From Anthoceros angustus (lineage: Eukaryota; Plantae; Anthocerotophyta), in assembly GCA_010909165.1 (NCBI GenBank), contig MU008195.1, positions 62,001 to 126,000 of the forward strand: 64,000 nucleotides of DNA, in the 5' to 3' direction. Within the stretch, counting starts at the first letter, position 1; each line of letters opens with the position of its first letter. Below the pieces are notes generated by a model that was not told the DNA's origin, did not search any database, and worked only from the letters and a program-made list of their open reading frames with translations. A program made the position numbers and the translations under genes. Positions 26,966-39,201 of this stretch are shown here, piece by piece.

Positions 26966-29900
26966 CACACACAGGAACATTTCCTCCATTGGTTCGGATT
27001 TGGCTCCGTTCAACAGGAACACTTCCTGGAAGCTTCAGGTGAGGGTCATGTATCTAAGGCTTTTGCATTCGAGCTGTCCGCGGCTCGAGCCTCCGCCGTA
27101 GTCGCGGGGCAGTGATTGCGGAAGGCGAGTGTCGCACAGGGTAGCGTCTGTTTCTAGTGCGTGGTGGGGGAGAGCGCTCGTCTTCCAAGGACCAAAATGG
27201 GCGACCAGGATTTGTTGCTGCTGGAATGGGCTGGGCAGTGAACAAATTGCTGGATAAGGTTGCGCTCGCACTCAAAGACACTCTCAACCTCCCAGTATTG
27301 TGAGCAGTTGAACGTGTATGTTCTGAGGATCAAACCCTGGTATCGGCAGCACAAGGTTTGTATTCTAAAACTGCCCTCCCGCAATGTGATCTGACAGGGG
27401 CCGTTCACAGTTCGCTGCTGTCCGGTTTCACGGTTTGCAGATTCTGATGCGCATGGCTGAGCAGGCAATGGTGATATTCAGGTGAACGAATGGCTACAAG
27501 AAGTCAGGCCGGTCCTGGAAGAAGCGGATTTTCTGGTAGCCAAGTGCCGAGACTTGCCTGCTGGGAGGTTGAATTCTCTGAAGCACGTCGGGAAACAGCT
27601 CAAGCTGTCTCGCCAGATTTTGACCTTGACACGCCGTCTCAAGGAGCTGGCATCCACAGAAGCCACATGGGCATGCCTTGCAAAGCAGGTGGTTGTGCAA
27701 GACTCGGTTGCAGCTCAAGGTTACCTGGTGGAGAAGATATTGAAGGGGACAGAAGATAACCAGATCCTGCTGAAGGAAGTCCAGGAGTTGCTGAACAAGC
27801 TCACGGCAGCGGACAGGATGGACGAGGCAGTGAAGCAGCCTGTGGAAGAGTTCGACAGGATCGAGGTACAGGTGTCTGACATGAACCAGGAGCTTGTTCA
27901 CGAGCTGAGGATCATTCAGGAGCTCCGGGCTGAGGTGAAGCAGACTGGGAAGATGCGACAGACATCTGCTGCAGAACAAACCAGGTGCTGGATCTCAGTA
28001 CAGAGCTTCGGGATATGATGAGTATGCTGTTGCAGGGTGTTTGCAAAGTGATAGTGCAGAACGAGGAGCTGCGTAGGCAACTTGCAACCTCAGGGTTCCA
28101 AGATCATTGCCCTCCTTCGACTTGGCTGTCCGAGCACCGGCTACTCTGATGACAATAGGAACCTGGTGTAACCACGAGAGCTCGAAGGACAGGCTTGGCT
28201 GTTCTGATAAGCATGGAGAAAGGAGACCCTGGGTATCTGTGACCGGGCGATGCTGGAACTTCTAGCACATAGTATCGGGTTTGAAGTGAAGGTGTTACAG
28301 AACATAGAAGCCGCTGAGCTGATGAGCATAATGCGGAATTTGGGCACATCCTCTTACGGAGAAGCTCTGGCAGAATGTGACTCTTTCGTGTGTTTCGTGA
28401 TAGCAGATGTGGGCATTGATGGTAGAGTATTTATCTTGGATGAACATGGAGACTCCGTGTATGTATATGAAAATATAGTGCGGCATCTCCTCTTAAGTCC
28501 GCTTCTCTCATGCAAACCTAAGGTCTTCATCTTGGCCGGCTGTCGGAGGCTTGTCAAGCACCCGGGACAGGAGAAGCCTGATGACCCGCAATGCTCAGTC
28601 CTTCCAAGTGTGCTAGATGACGAGGTAATCAATTGGTTACCAGACTTCCGTGATATGTTAGATGAGTCCATTATTTCTTTCACGATCCCCAAGGCCGAGG
28701 TCTGTCTTCATGAAAGTGCTTTTGTGAGGGCTCTGGTGGAGGTGTGGAGACGGAGGCATGGAGATACAGACGTGGAGAAAATAATGTCACTTGTGTCGAC
28801 GGAACTGTACCGGCTGGGAGAGTGGAGCAGTTGGGACAATGTTTATGTTAGCAACGTAAAACCAACTCTTGCTCCACGAATCGCTCTTGACTACGCTCCT
28901 ACGCTGTGGCCTGTGAAGGACGAGGGTCACCTTCACCGTGACGTCCCCGAGTGCGAAAGCACGCTTGTCTGAGGTCAGATCAGTGTGCAAGCCCGATTCG
29001 ATCGGCGGGAACACAGGTGAGCATGCTCCCATGACAAGCGTTGCCCGCGTTGGCAACCTCTCATATAGTCTTGTCAAGCAATCCAATTCCCTGGGCGATC
29101 GGCTTCAAGTTAGTGGCTGCCTTGCTCGCTCGGGAGCGGTGACGATTCGGCGGGCAGGCGTGCAGGAGCTTGAGCGTGGGTGGGAGCGACTAGGAATTTC
29201 GGGCGCGGAAATTTCGTGGGAAGCGGAAATTGCGTGGGAGCCTTCAGAGCTTCCGGGTGGACATTCCGTCATGAGTGAACTACTAGCGGATTCCCGATCT
29301 CGTTCCGGGGATCGTCCCAGTGAAACAAATGGTGAGACAGGTTGGAGTGGAACGCAGGTGAGACACAGGTTGGAGTGGAACGCAGGTGAGATACAGGTTG
29401 CAGTGGAGACAGGTTGGAGTGGAGACGCAGGTGAGACAGGTTCCAGTGGAGACGCAGATCAGACAGGTTGGAGTGGAGACGCAGGTTGTCCTGGATCCGA
29501 TTGGCCCAACCCTAGCCGCAAAATGCGATGCTCGTATATGTGGTCTCACAGGAACGTTGCTTCCGCCATCGTCGATGCCAGCAGGAATGAAATAGAAATT
29601 TGGGTGGGTGTTTTCATTTCCTACGTTGCTAGCGTAATTTAGTAACGCCCCTCACTATGCGGCCAGTAAGGAAGCGACAAGTACTGGGACTTCGCCATTC
29701 ACTCCACAACAGATTCTCAGCGGTCTCAACCTCGCAACACAACACTAGGTTCCAAGTAGCCTACCGTCCGCTGACGATAGGTTTCTGGCTTTCTGACAGG
29801 ATGGAATCAGGCTTTCTGACAGGATGGAAGATTCTTACACCATTGCAATGGAAGACTAAGAAGGAGAAGTTATCTGCTTTTAGAGCACCTCGTGCTACAG

Positions 29901-31270
29901 GTCAAGTGGTTTTCTTTCGTGGGGATGAATTGCTGGTGTTTGGCCCTCGTTCACGCAATTTCATTCATAGTGTTGATTGATTTGAAGATTATTTGTCTTG
30001 TTTGAATTTTACCTTTACATTTGTCCGGCGATGTCCTTTACATTTTACCTTTACATTTACCAGCGATGTCCAGCTTTGTGCTGCTGGAACTCATCTCTGC
30101 AAAGCCTGCTTTTGATTTGGAGAATCAGCGAACAAAGCCTGCCAACAACACCGAGCGGTCCTCCGGTGAGCGAGACTCACAGCGAAAAGTAGAAGTTACT
30201 GAACAAAGAAACCTACATAGCTCTTGAAAGCTTACGATTCCGGACACGATAATTTGCATCGGGAATCAAAATAATTCCACTGGACATGTAGACGGAGGTT
30301 GGCGTTTCTCTTTAGGATTGACGAGAGGAATTGGGGGTGGGCAACAGACTTGTGTCCCCAGCATCCTACACTGGAAGATCTCTAGTTCTTGAGACATTCC
30401 AGTGCAAGGCCTTCAAAATGTTAGGCCACAGTAGGCTGGGCGGCATTGCCATGCGATCATCTACATGACTAGGACCATTCCTCACCAAGCTATGCTCCCC
30501 CTCCCTTCTGAAAGCAAAATGCGGAAAGTTCCGGAAGCTTTGCACTTTGCCCCACAACAAACACACAAACTCCAACCCGTCAACCTCAAACACCTCATGT
30601 GGCGACATCGACATAACCGATTAGGCTCTGCACAAGCGGAGTGAAACACTCAATTAAGCGCATTACCAGTTAGTTGAGGTTGCGGTTATGTCACTATCGT
30701 TCAGCGGACCGTTGACATAGCCGACTAAGCGTCAGCGGATGTATATGGATATTCGGACTGTTTCATACATTAAATTGGTGCTCAATATGGACTTCCCTCT
30801 GAGTTTGCGGGAAGTTCAAAGTTTGCCAACCAAAAGTTCCTTCAAAGTTTATCAACTAAAGCCCATTTTGAAGTTTGTCATGAAGCCAATTTTATTTCAA
30901 TGACAAAGGATCTCGACCACTTCTTGAGTTGTGGCTAAACAATCAGACAGTAGACTTGAATATAAAATGCAACAACCCACCATAAGGTGAGATGGCGGAA
31001 TTACTATGAAGACAAGATTGCAATGGCATCTTCATCTCGGAAGGTCGCATGATAAGGAAGCGGTGCACCCTCTTCCCGGATGGCTGGAAATTGTTCACAC
31101 CTCCAGCGGGTACAGACATCGGAAATAGGCAAAAAAGCGCTCGACAAACCATGCATGGTTGGTCAACAACAAGCATGAAAAAGCAGCTACAATCCTTGCT
31201 ACCTTTCGGATATAACCACATAATCTGAGATGCAGGCGATGGATGGCATCGTCACCAACAATAACCTGTT
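26876..31270. repeat. Right arm of the large inverted duplication
   Basis: Mirror of 21561-26581. The distal 1.2 kb carries many 1-3 bp deletions and CAG/CTG to CG-type differences. Confidence 0.92.
27197..29642 (+). pseudogene. RPW8-like / coiled-coil / caspase-like gene, copy 2 (1-2 bp frameshifts; long open C-terminal tail)
   Basis: ATG 27197. ORF pieces 27482-28018, 28250-28972 and 28938-29642 are colinear with copy 3. The tail has ETGWSGDAG repeats and a hydrophobic IEIWVGVFISYVASVI end. Confidence 0.8.
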
Positions 31271-34200
31271 TGCCCGCCTCAACTAGCTGAGGGCGATCAT
31301 GACAGTGGTGAAGGAAGGCGGAAGGCGTGGTGCCAAAATCACAGTAGAGATGCATATTTGCCATGTATTCTTCTGAAGAGAAAGAGAAGCATGCCCCATT
31401 CCCCACAATGTGGGCAGCAATGCTGAATAGGATGTTGCACCAATCGATAGGACTAACTGAACCTTGCCACTCCACAAAGGTTGGCGTGCAGTATGCTTGT
31501 TCTGCAGTTTGGATTGGGTATTGTGCTAATTTGTGAAATGCTAGTGAGGGAGTCAAGGCTATACAAGGCCAGAAACAGTCTGAACAAATTCCTCAGCCCT
31601 CAAATTCCTCATTCCCCGTCCGCGGCCTTCAGCGGACCGCACCTCCCTCCCGTCCCGCCCCTCCCTCGGGGCCTTCCAGGAAGGCGGATCGCTCTGCCTT
31701 AGTCCTTAGTTTGAAACACCCAGCTCGGTTCATACTCGCGCACGGTTCTAAAATCAAGCATGGTTGGTTTACATCACAACCTCGTTGTGGTGGGTGCATC
31801 TTGAGGTTGTGCCGTCTTTGGGCAAAATCGGCAATGACATCCTATATGGACGGTACATGGTGTTGCGTTTAAAGTATACCATGATGAGAGAGAATCGTGA
31901 TGGGCGAGGCATGGCATGCCACGCCATTTTCCTGCAGCATTGATTGCTTCGGAGATTGAGACGCAGGCGTTGTAAGTAGTCGGCAGTACCGAGGCGAAAA
32001 GTATCAAGGGCTTCATTAAAAACTAATAATGAATTAAATCTTAATTAAAAGTATTTGTTGACAGAAGTCCGTTCCTGAGCTCACGGGCGTTGTTGTCCTC
32101 ATTCTCTGTGTCCGCCTTTCGTGCACGTCGGTTCTCTCTCATCTTGAACTATGATATTTCATATCAACTTCGTGCTCACTATTCTCTATCTTGTGATATG
32201 GTCTGAATGTGTCCTCCTTCTTGCATGAATTGTCTACTATGTAGCAGATGCCATAGTAGGCAAATATGTAGTGTTGTTGGTACGAAATATGAGTAATCAA
32301 TCATCGGTTGAAGAGTAAGTTTGAAAGGATTGGAATTATTGGAGACGTGTGGCCAGGCTCTTTGCACCTTGCTACGGGTCCATTTTTCCTCCTTTCCTCA
32401 TTGGTAGTCATATTGGATATGCTACCATTGACATCCGGACCTGGTTGCTTTTATTTATTTTCACCATCATACAATACCTTCTTCAATCCTTTAAAACATG
32501 ATTTTACAATATGTATAAATATATATTTTTTTCTACCCACTTTCTTTATCTAATTATTTTTAATCTTTTTTCACAACTATATTTATATGAAAATTTATAA
32601 TTATCTTTATATATTTTATTTATTTCATTTCATTCATATTTTTACAATATTTTTTAATTATTTTAATTTTAATAAAAATATATTTATCTAATCTGTATCA
32701 TTAAAACAAAATCTATCTTTCTATTATATCTTTAATCTTTCTATTTTCAATCTCTTTCAATTAGTGTATCATAAGTACGATCAATTATATTTATGTCTTC
32801 TTTTCTATTCCTATTTTGATCGAGATGAAGAAGTAGATGAAAGTAAGACCTTTATTTATCTCTCGATCATCTATATTTATATCATGACTAATTAAAATAT
32901 AAAAATTTTAGAGATAAGAAAATTTTATTTCATCCATTCTTATTTATTTATCTATTTCCAGCCCTTTTCCATTTTACTGCTCCGGTATCACAACATCGGG
33001 GAGGGAGGACAAAACAGGTGCCAACATTGTATAGTTCAAGTTGCCAAAGATACGCGAAGGTGTCACTTAAGCAGCGGCTGTTGAATCCGATGTTCCCAAC
33101 AAAGCCTTTTGTCAAGTGGGGAGTAGATTGCATTGGGCCTATCAGCCAGTGAGCTTGCACGGCAACAAGTGCACCATCACCGAACCGACTATGCCACCAA
33201 GTGGGTGGAAGCTTGGGTGGAAGCATGCCTTATCTCGATACCTCACTGGACAGTTTCTGTTTTCGCAGATTATCACTAGGTTTGGGTGTCCGATGGATTG
33301 ACCAAGGAAGAGAGTTTGCCAATAGAGTGCATGCACGGATGGGTGTACCACTTATAGTAGTAAAGCATGTAACATCGTAAAACTGTCACTTTTTGTCACT
33401 TTGAGGAGGAACCCGTTGTATCTTCTAAACTACAAGTTCAATGAAGAAGATAATTTTTAAGCAAAATCATATACGCGTATCAAATATGCCTACCAAGTTT
33501 TAGCTTCATTGAAGAAGCAAAGAAGAAGAGAGAAAACGAGAAAACTCGTCAAATTGTCATACCATATGGATGCAAAAATGAGTACATTTTATTTGTTTTA
33601 AGGCAATATATTGTGAACAAAAGTTGTAGCATTCATTGAGTGCAATAACATCAGAAACCAAAAAGTGAAAAAGAAACCAAGGAGGTAAGAAATAATGAAG
33701 AAATTATCATTTATAAATATTATGTATCTACTATGAATAAATATAAATAATATTATTTCTAAAGATATAAATGAATATATACAACTATAAGTTAAATGTA
33801 ATGAATGGTATAAAATAAAAAAATAGTTAAAAAAGTTATAGGTTAAAAAAAAATCAAAGTTCATTAGCTTGCTAAATGTGCGAGTTATTTGGTGACTACT
33901 TGCTGAGTCGAGAACGAGTTTACACAAGCTGTTTTTTTCGTGGCTCAAACTTAACCAAGGACCCCGCTTAGAAGTCCTGTTTCAAACTTAAGAGGCAGCC
34001 CACTTGAACACAGATTGATCGAGAAGGCGGTGGGAGCTAGCCTGAGGCGGGAGGGCGTGGCGGGCGGCGCGGCGAGCGGCCGGAGTGGTGGGAGGATGTG
34101 AACAGAGCGGCGGGAGTAGGTGGCCGGAGCGAAAAGAGGAGGTGGCCGGAGCAGTGGGAGGATGTGAACGGGCGGCGGGGCGGTGATCTGACATGAGCTA

Positions 34201-35469
34201 AGCGGTACAATTAATAGCTTCAGCGTGATGCACATTCAATAGATTTTCAACAGATTTTGATGGAAGTTGTAATTTGATGAATTTTCAGCAGATATTCAAC
34301 AGTTTCAACAGATTTTCAGCAAGAGATTCAGTCGTTTAAGTAGATTTTCAGCGACGAATTCAACAACTTCAATCGATTTTAGCGGATTCTCTGATTCCCA
34401 GCCAAATATAGATTTTCAGCAGATTCAATAGTTTTAGTTTATTTAGCGGTAATTCAGAAAATTTTACGTAGCACATTCAATAGATTTTCAACAGATTTCA
34501 CTAGCAAATTTAGCAGTTTCAATGATTGATGGTTTCAAAAGATATTGACAACATTTAGCAGTTCAGATCGATCACAAGCAAGGGTTTGCCCCGTTTGATC
34601 TAGTGTATAGAGCAGGTGCCCGAGTACCCTCATAGATGGAGGCAACCACATCAGGCTTTGGAATCACAAGCAAGATTATCCAAGAAAGCTTCATCCCAGA
34701 AGATAGGGACGTGCTCCAGCTGCATGAGCTGGCGGAAGTGAGAGATGTGGCTTTCGCGAAAATGATTCAGAACAAGCTGGCTAGGAAGGAGATGTTTGAT
34801 AGGGAGAGAGAAGTGCAGTCCCTAAAGGTTGGGTGCTACTCTTGAATATGAGGAGATACTTGAAACGGGAAGCCGGAGCAATATTGAAACCAGCTAGGTG
34901 CATGTGGGAGAGGCCTTTCTTGCTCAAGGAAATCTAAGACTTTTCAAAGGGAGCCGTGAAGATCCAGCTTCCATCGGCACGAGGAGCTGGTGAAGAAACT
35001 GTCAGCCTCGGTCACCTGAAGAAGTATTATGCCTAAGGACATGAAGATGGCTCCCATGCCAAAGATCCAAGGTATCTATCCTTTTGAGGTATGCTGGTGT
35101 GCTGGCATGTGTATGTGTGGATGAAACATGTGAGTGTGTGCACGTGTGGTAGGAGGTCATGACTAAACTTAGTTGTAGCAGGGAGCTGTTGCTGCACGCC
35201 GAGCTATAAATAAATTAGCTGGAAGGATAAGACAAATCCTGTATGTGTGTATGTGTGGATGATAGAGGAAATGGTATCAGCTGATTAGATCATAGACTGG
35301 GTTGCTGTTCAAAGAAAGAAATTTCCTACTGGATATGGACAACAGACTGTGACAACGTGTGGGATGTACTCCAAAGTTACGAATTTCGTTCAAATGCAAA
35401 AGGCTGGTGATAGAGAAGGACCTTGCAAGAGGTGGAGGAGGATTTGGTTTCAAGCGTTCGCTTGAAAGC

Positions 35470-35815
35470 AAAAAACAAGAACAAAGCGCTAAAGCTGCAG
35501 CTGGCGATGATGAACTCTTGATGTGGGAGGAAGTGGAGCTGGTTAAGACATTTGCGAGCATAATTGGGAGATTTCCGCAATGTTGGAGGGCGTACTAGTG
35601 ATTAAGTCCAAAGCCGAGAAATAAACAGCCTTAGCTTGAAACCAACAAACAAGAACAAAGGGCTGAAGTTGCAGCTGGCTGTGATGAACTCTTGATGTGG
35701 GAGGAAGTGGAGTTGGTTTAGACATTTGCGAGCATAATGGGGAGATTTCCGCAATATTGGAGGGCGTACTAGAGATTAAGTCCAAAGCAAAGAAATGAAC
35801 AGCCTTAGCTTTGAC
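35470..35815. repeat. About 175-bp tandem duplication in a degenerate repeat-derived region
   Basis: ACAAGAACAAAG...GATGAACTCTTGATGTGGGAGGAAGTGG...AAGTCCAAAGC...AACAGCCTTAGCTT occurs twice. Confidence 0.8.
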
Positions 35816-36274
35816 AGCCCTGCAACGTAGAGGAGTGTGGATTTTTGCATTGTGTGGACAAGCAGATTCAGGCATGGAACATGGAGTGCTAAGCTGTGTC
35901 ATAATGGGAGAATGCAAGCTTCTTCAACGGACTAAGGGATTGCGAGCCCGGGACTCACAACGCAAGGGTGTGCCAGCTATGAAGGTGAAAATAGATCTTG
36001 CGGTAATATCCAGGCTGTTTGATCAAAAGATAATTCCCATATTTATGTGAGGGCAATGAGTGTGGAGGCTAAATCGCAGAACAGGTTGGGCACGATTGTG
36101 TGGTTAAGGAGTGTTGAGGCTAATCTTAGGAAAGGCTGGGAGTAGCCTGTTTGTGTATAAGAACAAAAGCCTCAGGCTTCTCTAAACAAGGAGAAGGACA
36201 TACCCAAGTCTTGACTTCAACTACTAAGACTTCACCAAACGCCAAGCTAGTTGTCTTGTGTCATGTCGTGTGAC

Positions 36275-36830
36275 ACTAATCTCTACACTTGGGTTTAGTG
36301 TTTGATTAGAATTAATTAGTCTAATTACTTATCTTTAAGCAAGTAATTAGTGTTAATTAATTTAAAGCACTTAATTTAATTAAGTAATAATCAGTGTTAA
36401 TTAAACATGGTTAGCATTAGCTAAGTGGATAAGCACAAGTAATATGCTTAAGCATATTACTTGTATATTATAGTGTATCCTTAGGATATTTCCGGCATAT
36501 GCTAATGCCATTAGGATATCTTAGGAATAGGCTGATGGCAAGAGCTAGTATATATAGACCCTTTCACAGAGGACAAGCTCAGATCATAACTTGTCCTCTA
36601 GATATACAATGCAAGAGTGTTGTGAGGAGGCCAAAGCTATGACTCCGAGAACGATGTGTGAGAAATCTGCGTTTTATTCTCGTGGGGGGAGGGTGTGTTT
36701 GTGCCGCGACGCGCGAGCTACTTCCTCCTATTGTTATTGGTTTGCACCTATACTTGCACATGATATTTGTTTTGCTTGGTTGTTTGTTGAGCAAGTGCTC
36801 ATATGAATGCAAATGCTTACTTCGTGCGAC
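36275..36830 (+). mobile_element. Partial LTR-like dispersed repeat, inverted copy of about 12490-13105
   Basis: CTAATCTCTACACTTGGGTTTAGTGTTTGATTAG and GAGGACAAGCTCAGATCATA are reverse complements of sequence in the 12.5-13.1 kb LTR. Confidence 0.7.
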
Positions 36831-37149
36831 ACTTGCATCTATTCCTTGAACGCGACACTTGCATCTATTCCTTGAACGATTGTTTGTATGTCCAGTTCGA
36901 AGTAGTCTTTAGTCTTTGTTGCAAACAGCCCTGTTTCCATACAAGGGTGTGCATCCCTGAGTACGATCCGTGACCAAGGGCCAGTGCATGTCATCATTTG
37001 CTTGGAGTTTCATGTATTTGTAAGACATGTCCGCAATCCCAAGTGTTTGCAATTAGGGGTAATTGTACATGCTTGTGTGTTCATAGATAATAGGAAGAGT
37101 ATACCATGTTACTTTAGTTGATAGTGGCCCCAAGACGCCGACATTTCAC

Positions 37150-37870
37150 AATACTTTTGGTTGACAAACTTTAAACTTCCTGAAGGTAGTCTATATTGAG
37201 AAGTAATTGCTAATATATGAAATAGGCTCGGATATCCACACGTATGTCAATGGTCCGCCCAACGATAGCTGACATAACCGCAACCCTCAATTAACCGCTG
37301 TTGCGCTTCATTGAGTGTTTCGCTCCGCTCACGCTGTAGTCTAGTCGGTTATGACAGTTGTCGTTCATTTGAGCTGTTCAAGGTTGATGGGTTGGAGTTT
37401 GTAAGCTGTGTTTGTTGTGGGACAAAGTTCAAGGCTTCCGTAACATTCCGCATTTTGCTTTAGAAAGGGAACAGGGAGCATAGCTTGGTAAGGAATGGTC
37501 CATAGTCATGTCTGAAGAACTAGAGATCTTCTTCCAGTGTGGGACAGTGGGGACACGAAGTCTGTTGCTCACCCCGATTATGCTCTCTGCTCGAATTCTG
37601 AAGAGAAACGTCAACCTCCGTCTACTTGTTCAAGGAATTAGTTTGATTTCTGACAGCAAATTATCAGGTCCTGACACTGTAAGCTTTCAAAGGGCGATGT
37701 AGGTTTTCTTTGTTTCTGCAACTTCTACTTTTTGACAGGAGTCTGCCTGTCTGCTGGAGGGCTGCTGCTCCTGGGCTGTTGGCAGGCTTTGTTTTGGTTG
37801 ATTCTCTCCCAAAATCAACTGCAGGGTTTGCAGAGATGAGTTCCAGCAGCACAAAGCTGAAGCTGTGGAC
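37150..37870. repeat. Diverged direct repeat of about 21955-22770
   Basis: Shared blocks GGTCCGCCCAACGATAGCTGACATAACCGCAACCCTCAA, GGGTTGGAGTTTGTAAGCTGTGTTTGTTGTGGG and TCTGAAGAACTAGAGATCTTCTTCCAGTG. Confidence 0.85.
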
Positions 37871-39030
37871 ATCGTTGCTAGGAGTCAGCTCGAAGCTGGT
37901 ACAGTATTCCGGATCGATGTAGCCCATGGTGCCTTGGATTGCGACTGTGGAAACATGAGTGGCTTCCTTGCTAGGAGCCAGCTTGATATAGTATTCCGGA
38001 TCGATGTAGCCCATGGTGCCTTGGATTGCGACTGTGGAAACATTAGTGGCTGCCATTAGGAGCCAGCTTGGAGATGCCGAAGTCTGCCACCTTCGCATTC
38101 AGGTCATGGTCGAGCAGAATATTCGAAGACTCGATATCTGGGTGCAAGATGGGAGGGTCGGCAGCAGAATGAAGATAGGCCAGAGCATCGAAAGTCTGAA
38201 GCACTATGAAAAGGCGTTGTCTCGAAGCGAGGGGAGGGAATCCTTCACTTCTCCCTTGGAGATCTATGTTCGTGGAGTGTGTGTCGTTAGGGACAAACTC
38301 GAAGACGAGGAGAGGAATTTTGTTCTCCATGGAACACCCCAGCAGCTTTACCAAGTGTCTGTGATTCACTCCCGGCAGAATCTTGAAATCGAGAAACTGC
38401 TGCTGGTACTCGGGGGAGCCTTCACGCTTGCAAGAGATTCAAATGCACTGCGCAGGCAAGTAAACTGGCACTGGCAGGAATGCTGCCTTTTGGCTTATTT
38501 CCAGACAGATCCACCCATGGGTATTGCTTCCACTCGGGATCACCAACACCAAAATCCCAAGAAATGGGCTAGACAAGTTGTTATGGGACAAGTCCAGGTG
38601 CGTCACATTCCCCAGTCCGGATGGGATGTGGCCATACAGACGGTTCCATGACAGGTGCAACATCTCAAGACTGGGAAACTTGTGATCGACAATGGTATAC
38701 GGTAATGGTGCCCACAATTGGTTCCGGGAAAGGTTCACCCGCTTCAGAGCGGACATCTGGAAGAAAGAAGGCGTGAGATCTGTGAAACAATTTTGGGCTG
38801 CATGCATGCAGGTTTTGCTGATTGGGGACAGCGGGCACGTCCCCGCTGAGATTGTAACTGTTGGTGAGCGAGAGATGGGCGAGGCGTGCAAGGCCCTCCG
38901 AATTGGGGACGCTCCCTCAGAGGAAGTTACCAGAAAGGTCCAGGCTCACGAGTTTGGTCAGATTGCGCACTCCCTCAGGGATGCCTCCAATCAGTGCACT
39001 GTCGCCAATAGAGAAAGCCACCAACTCCCG
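37700..39030 (-). pseudogene. Decayed LRR receptor-like kinase
   Basis: LRRs GGIPEGVRNLTKLVSLDLSGNFL*GSVP (in-frame TGA), LKRVNLSRNQLWAPLP and LHLSWNRLYGHIPSGLGNVTHLDLSHNNLS. Kinase pieces HRHLVKLLGCSME, LAYLHSAADPPILHPDIESSNILLD, DFGISK, duplicated STVAIQGTMGYIDPEY and DVHSFSFVLLELIS. Frameshifts and large deletions. Confidence 0.82.
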
Positions 39031-39201
39031 CATTTGTGTCCAAATCACTTAGGCCAAATCGACACACATTTATCAGAGCGTATTTGTTAACTCGTGATTG
39101 GCTTTCAACCTGGACGCTGTAATGGTTGCCACCGCTTCCCGGCGAGCAATGCAGCCACCAACTTGAAGCCGATCGCCAGGGAATTGGATTGCTTGACCAA
39201 A

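Noticed and set aside
26351-27115. Multiple Cys/His-rich ORFs (e.g. CRKCERSQSPKQ, LLRRLAPFT repeats)
   Set aside because: Translations of the satellite in various frames, with no coding evidence.
31600-34250. Possible Mutator-like element (GC-rich ends, AT-rich interior, about 14-bp inverted match AGTTTGAAACA at about 31709/33980)
   Set aside because: The inverted match is too short, and no target-site duplication or transposase was identified.
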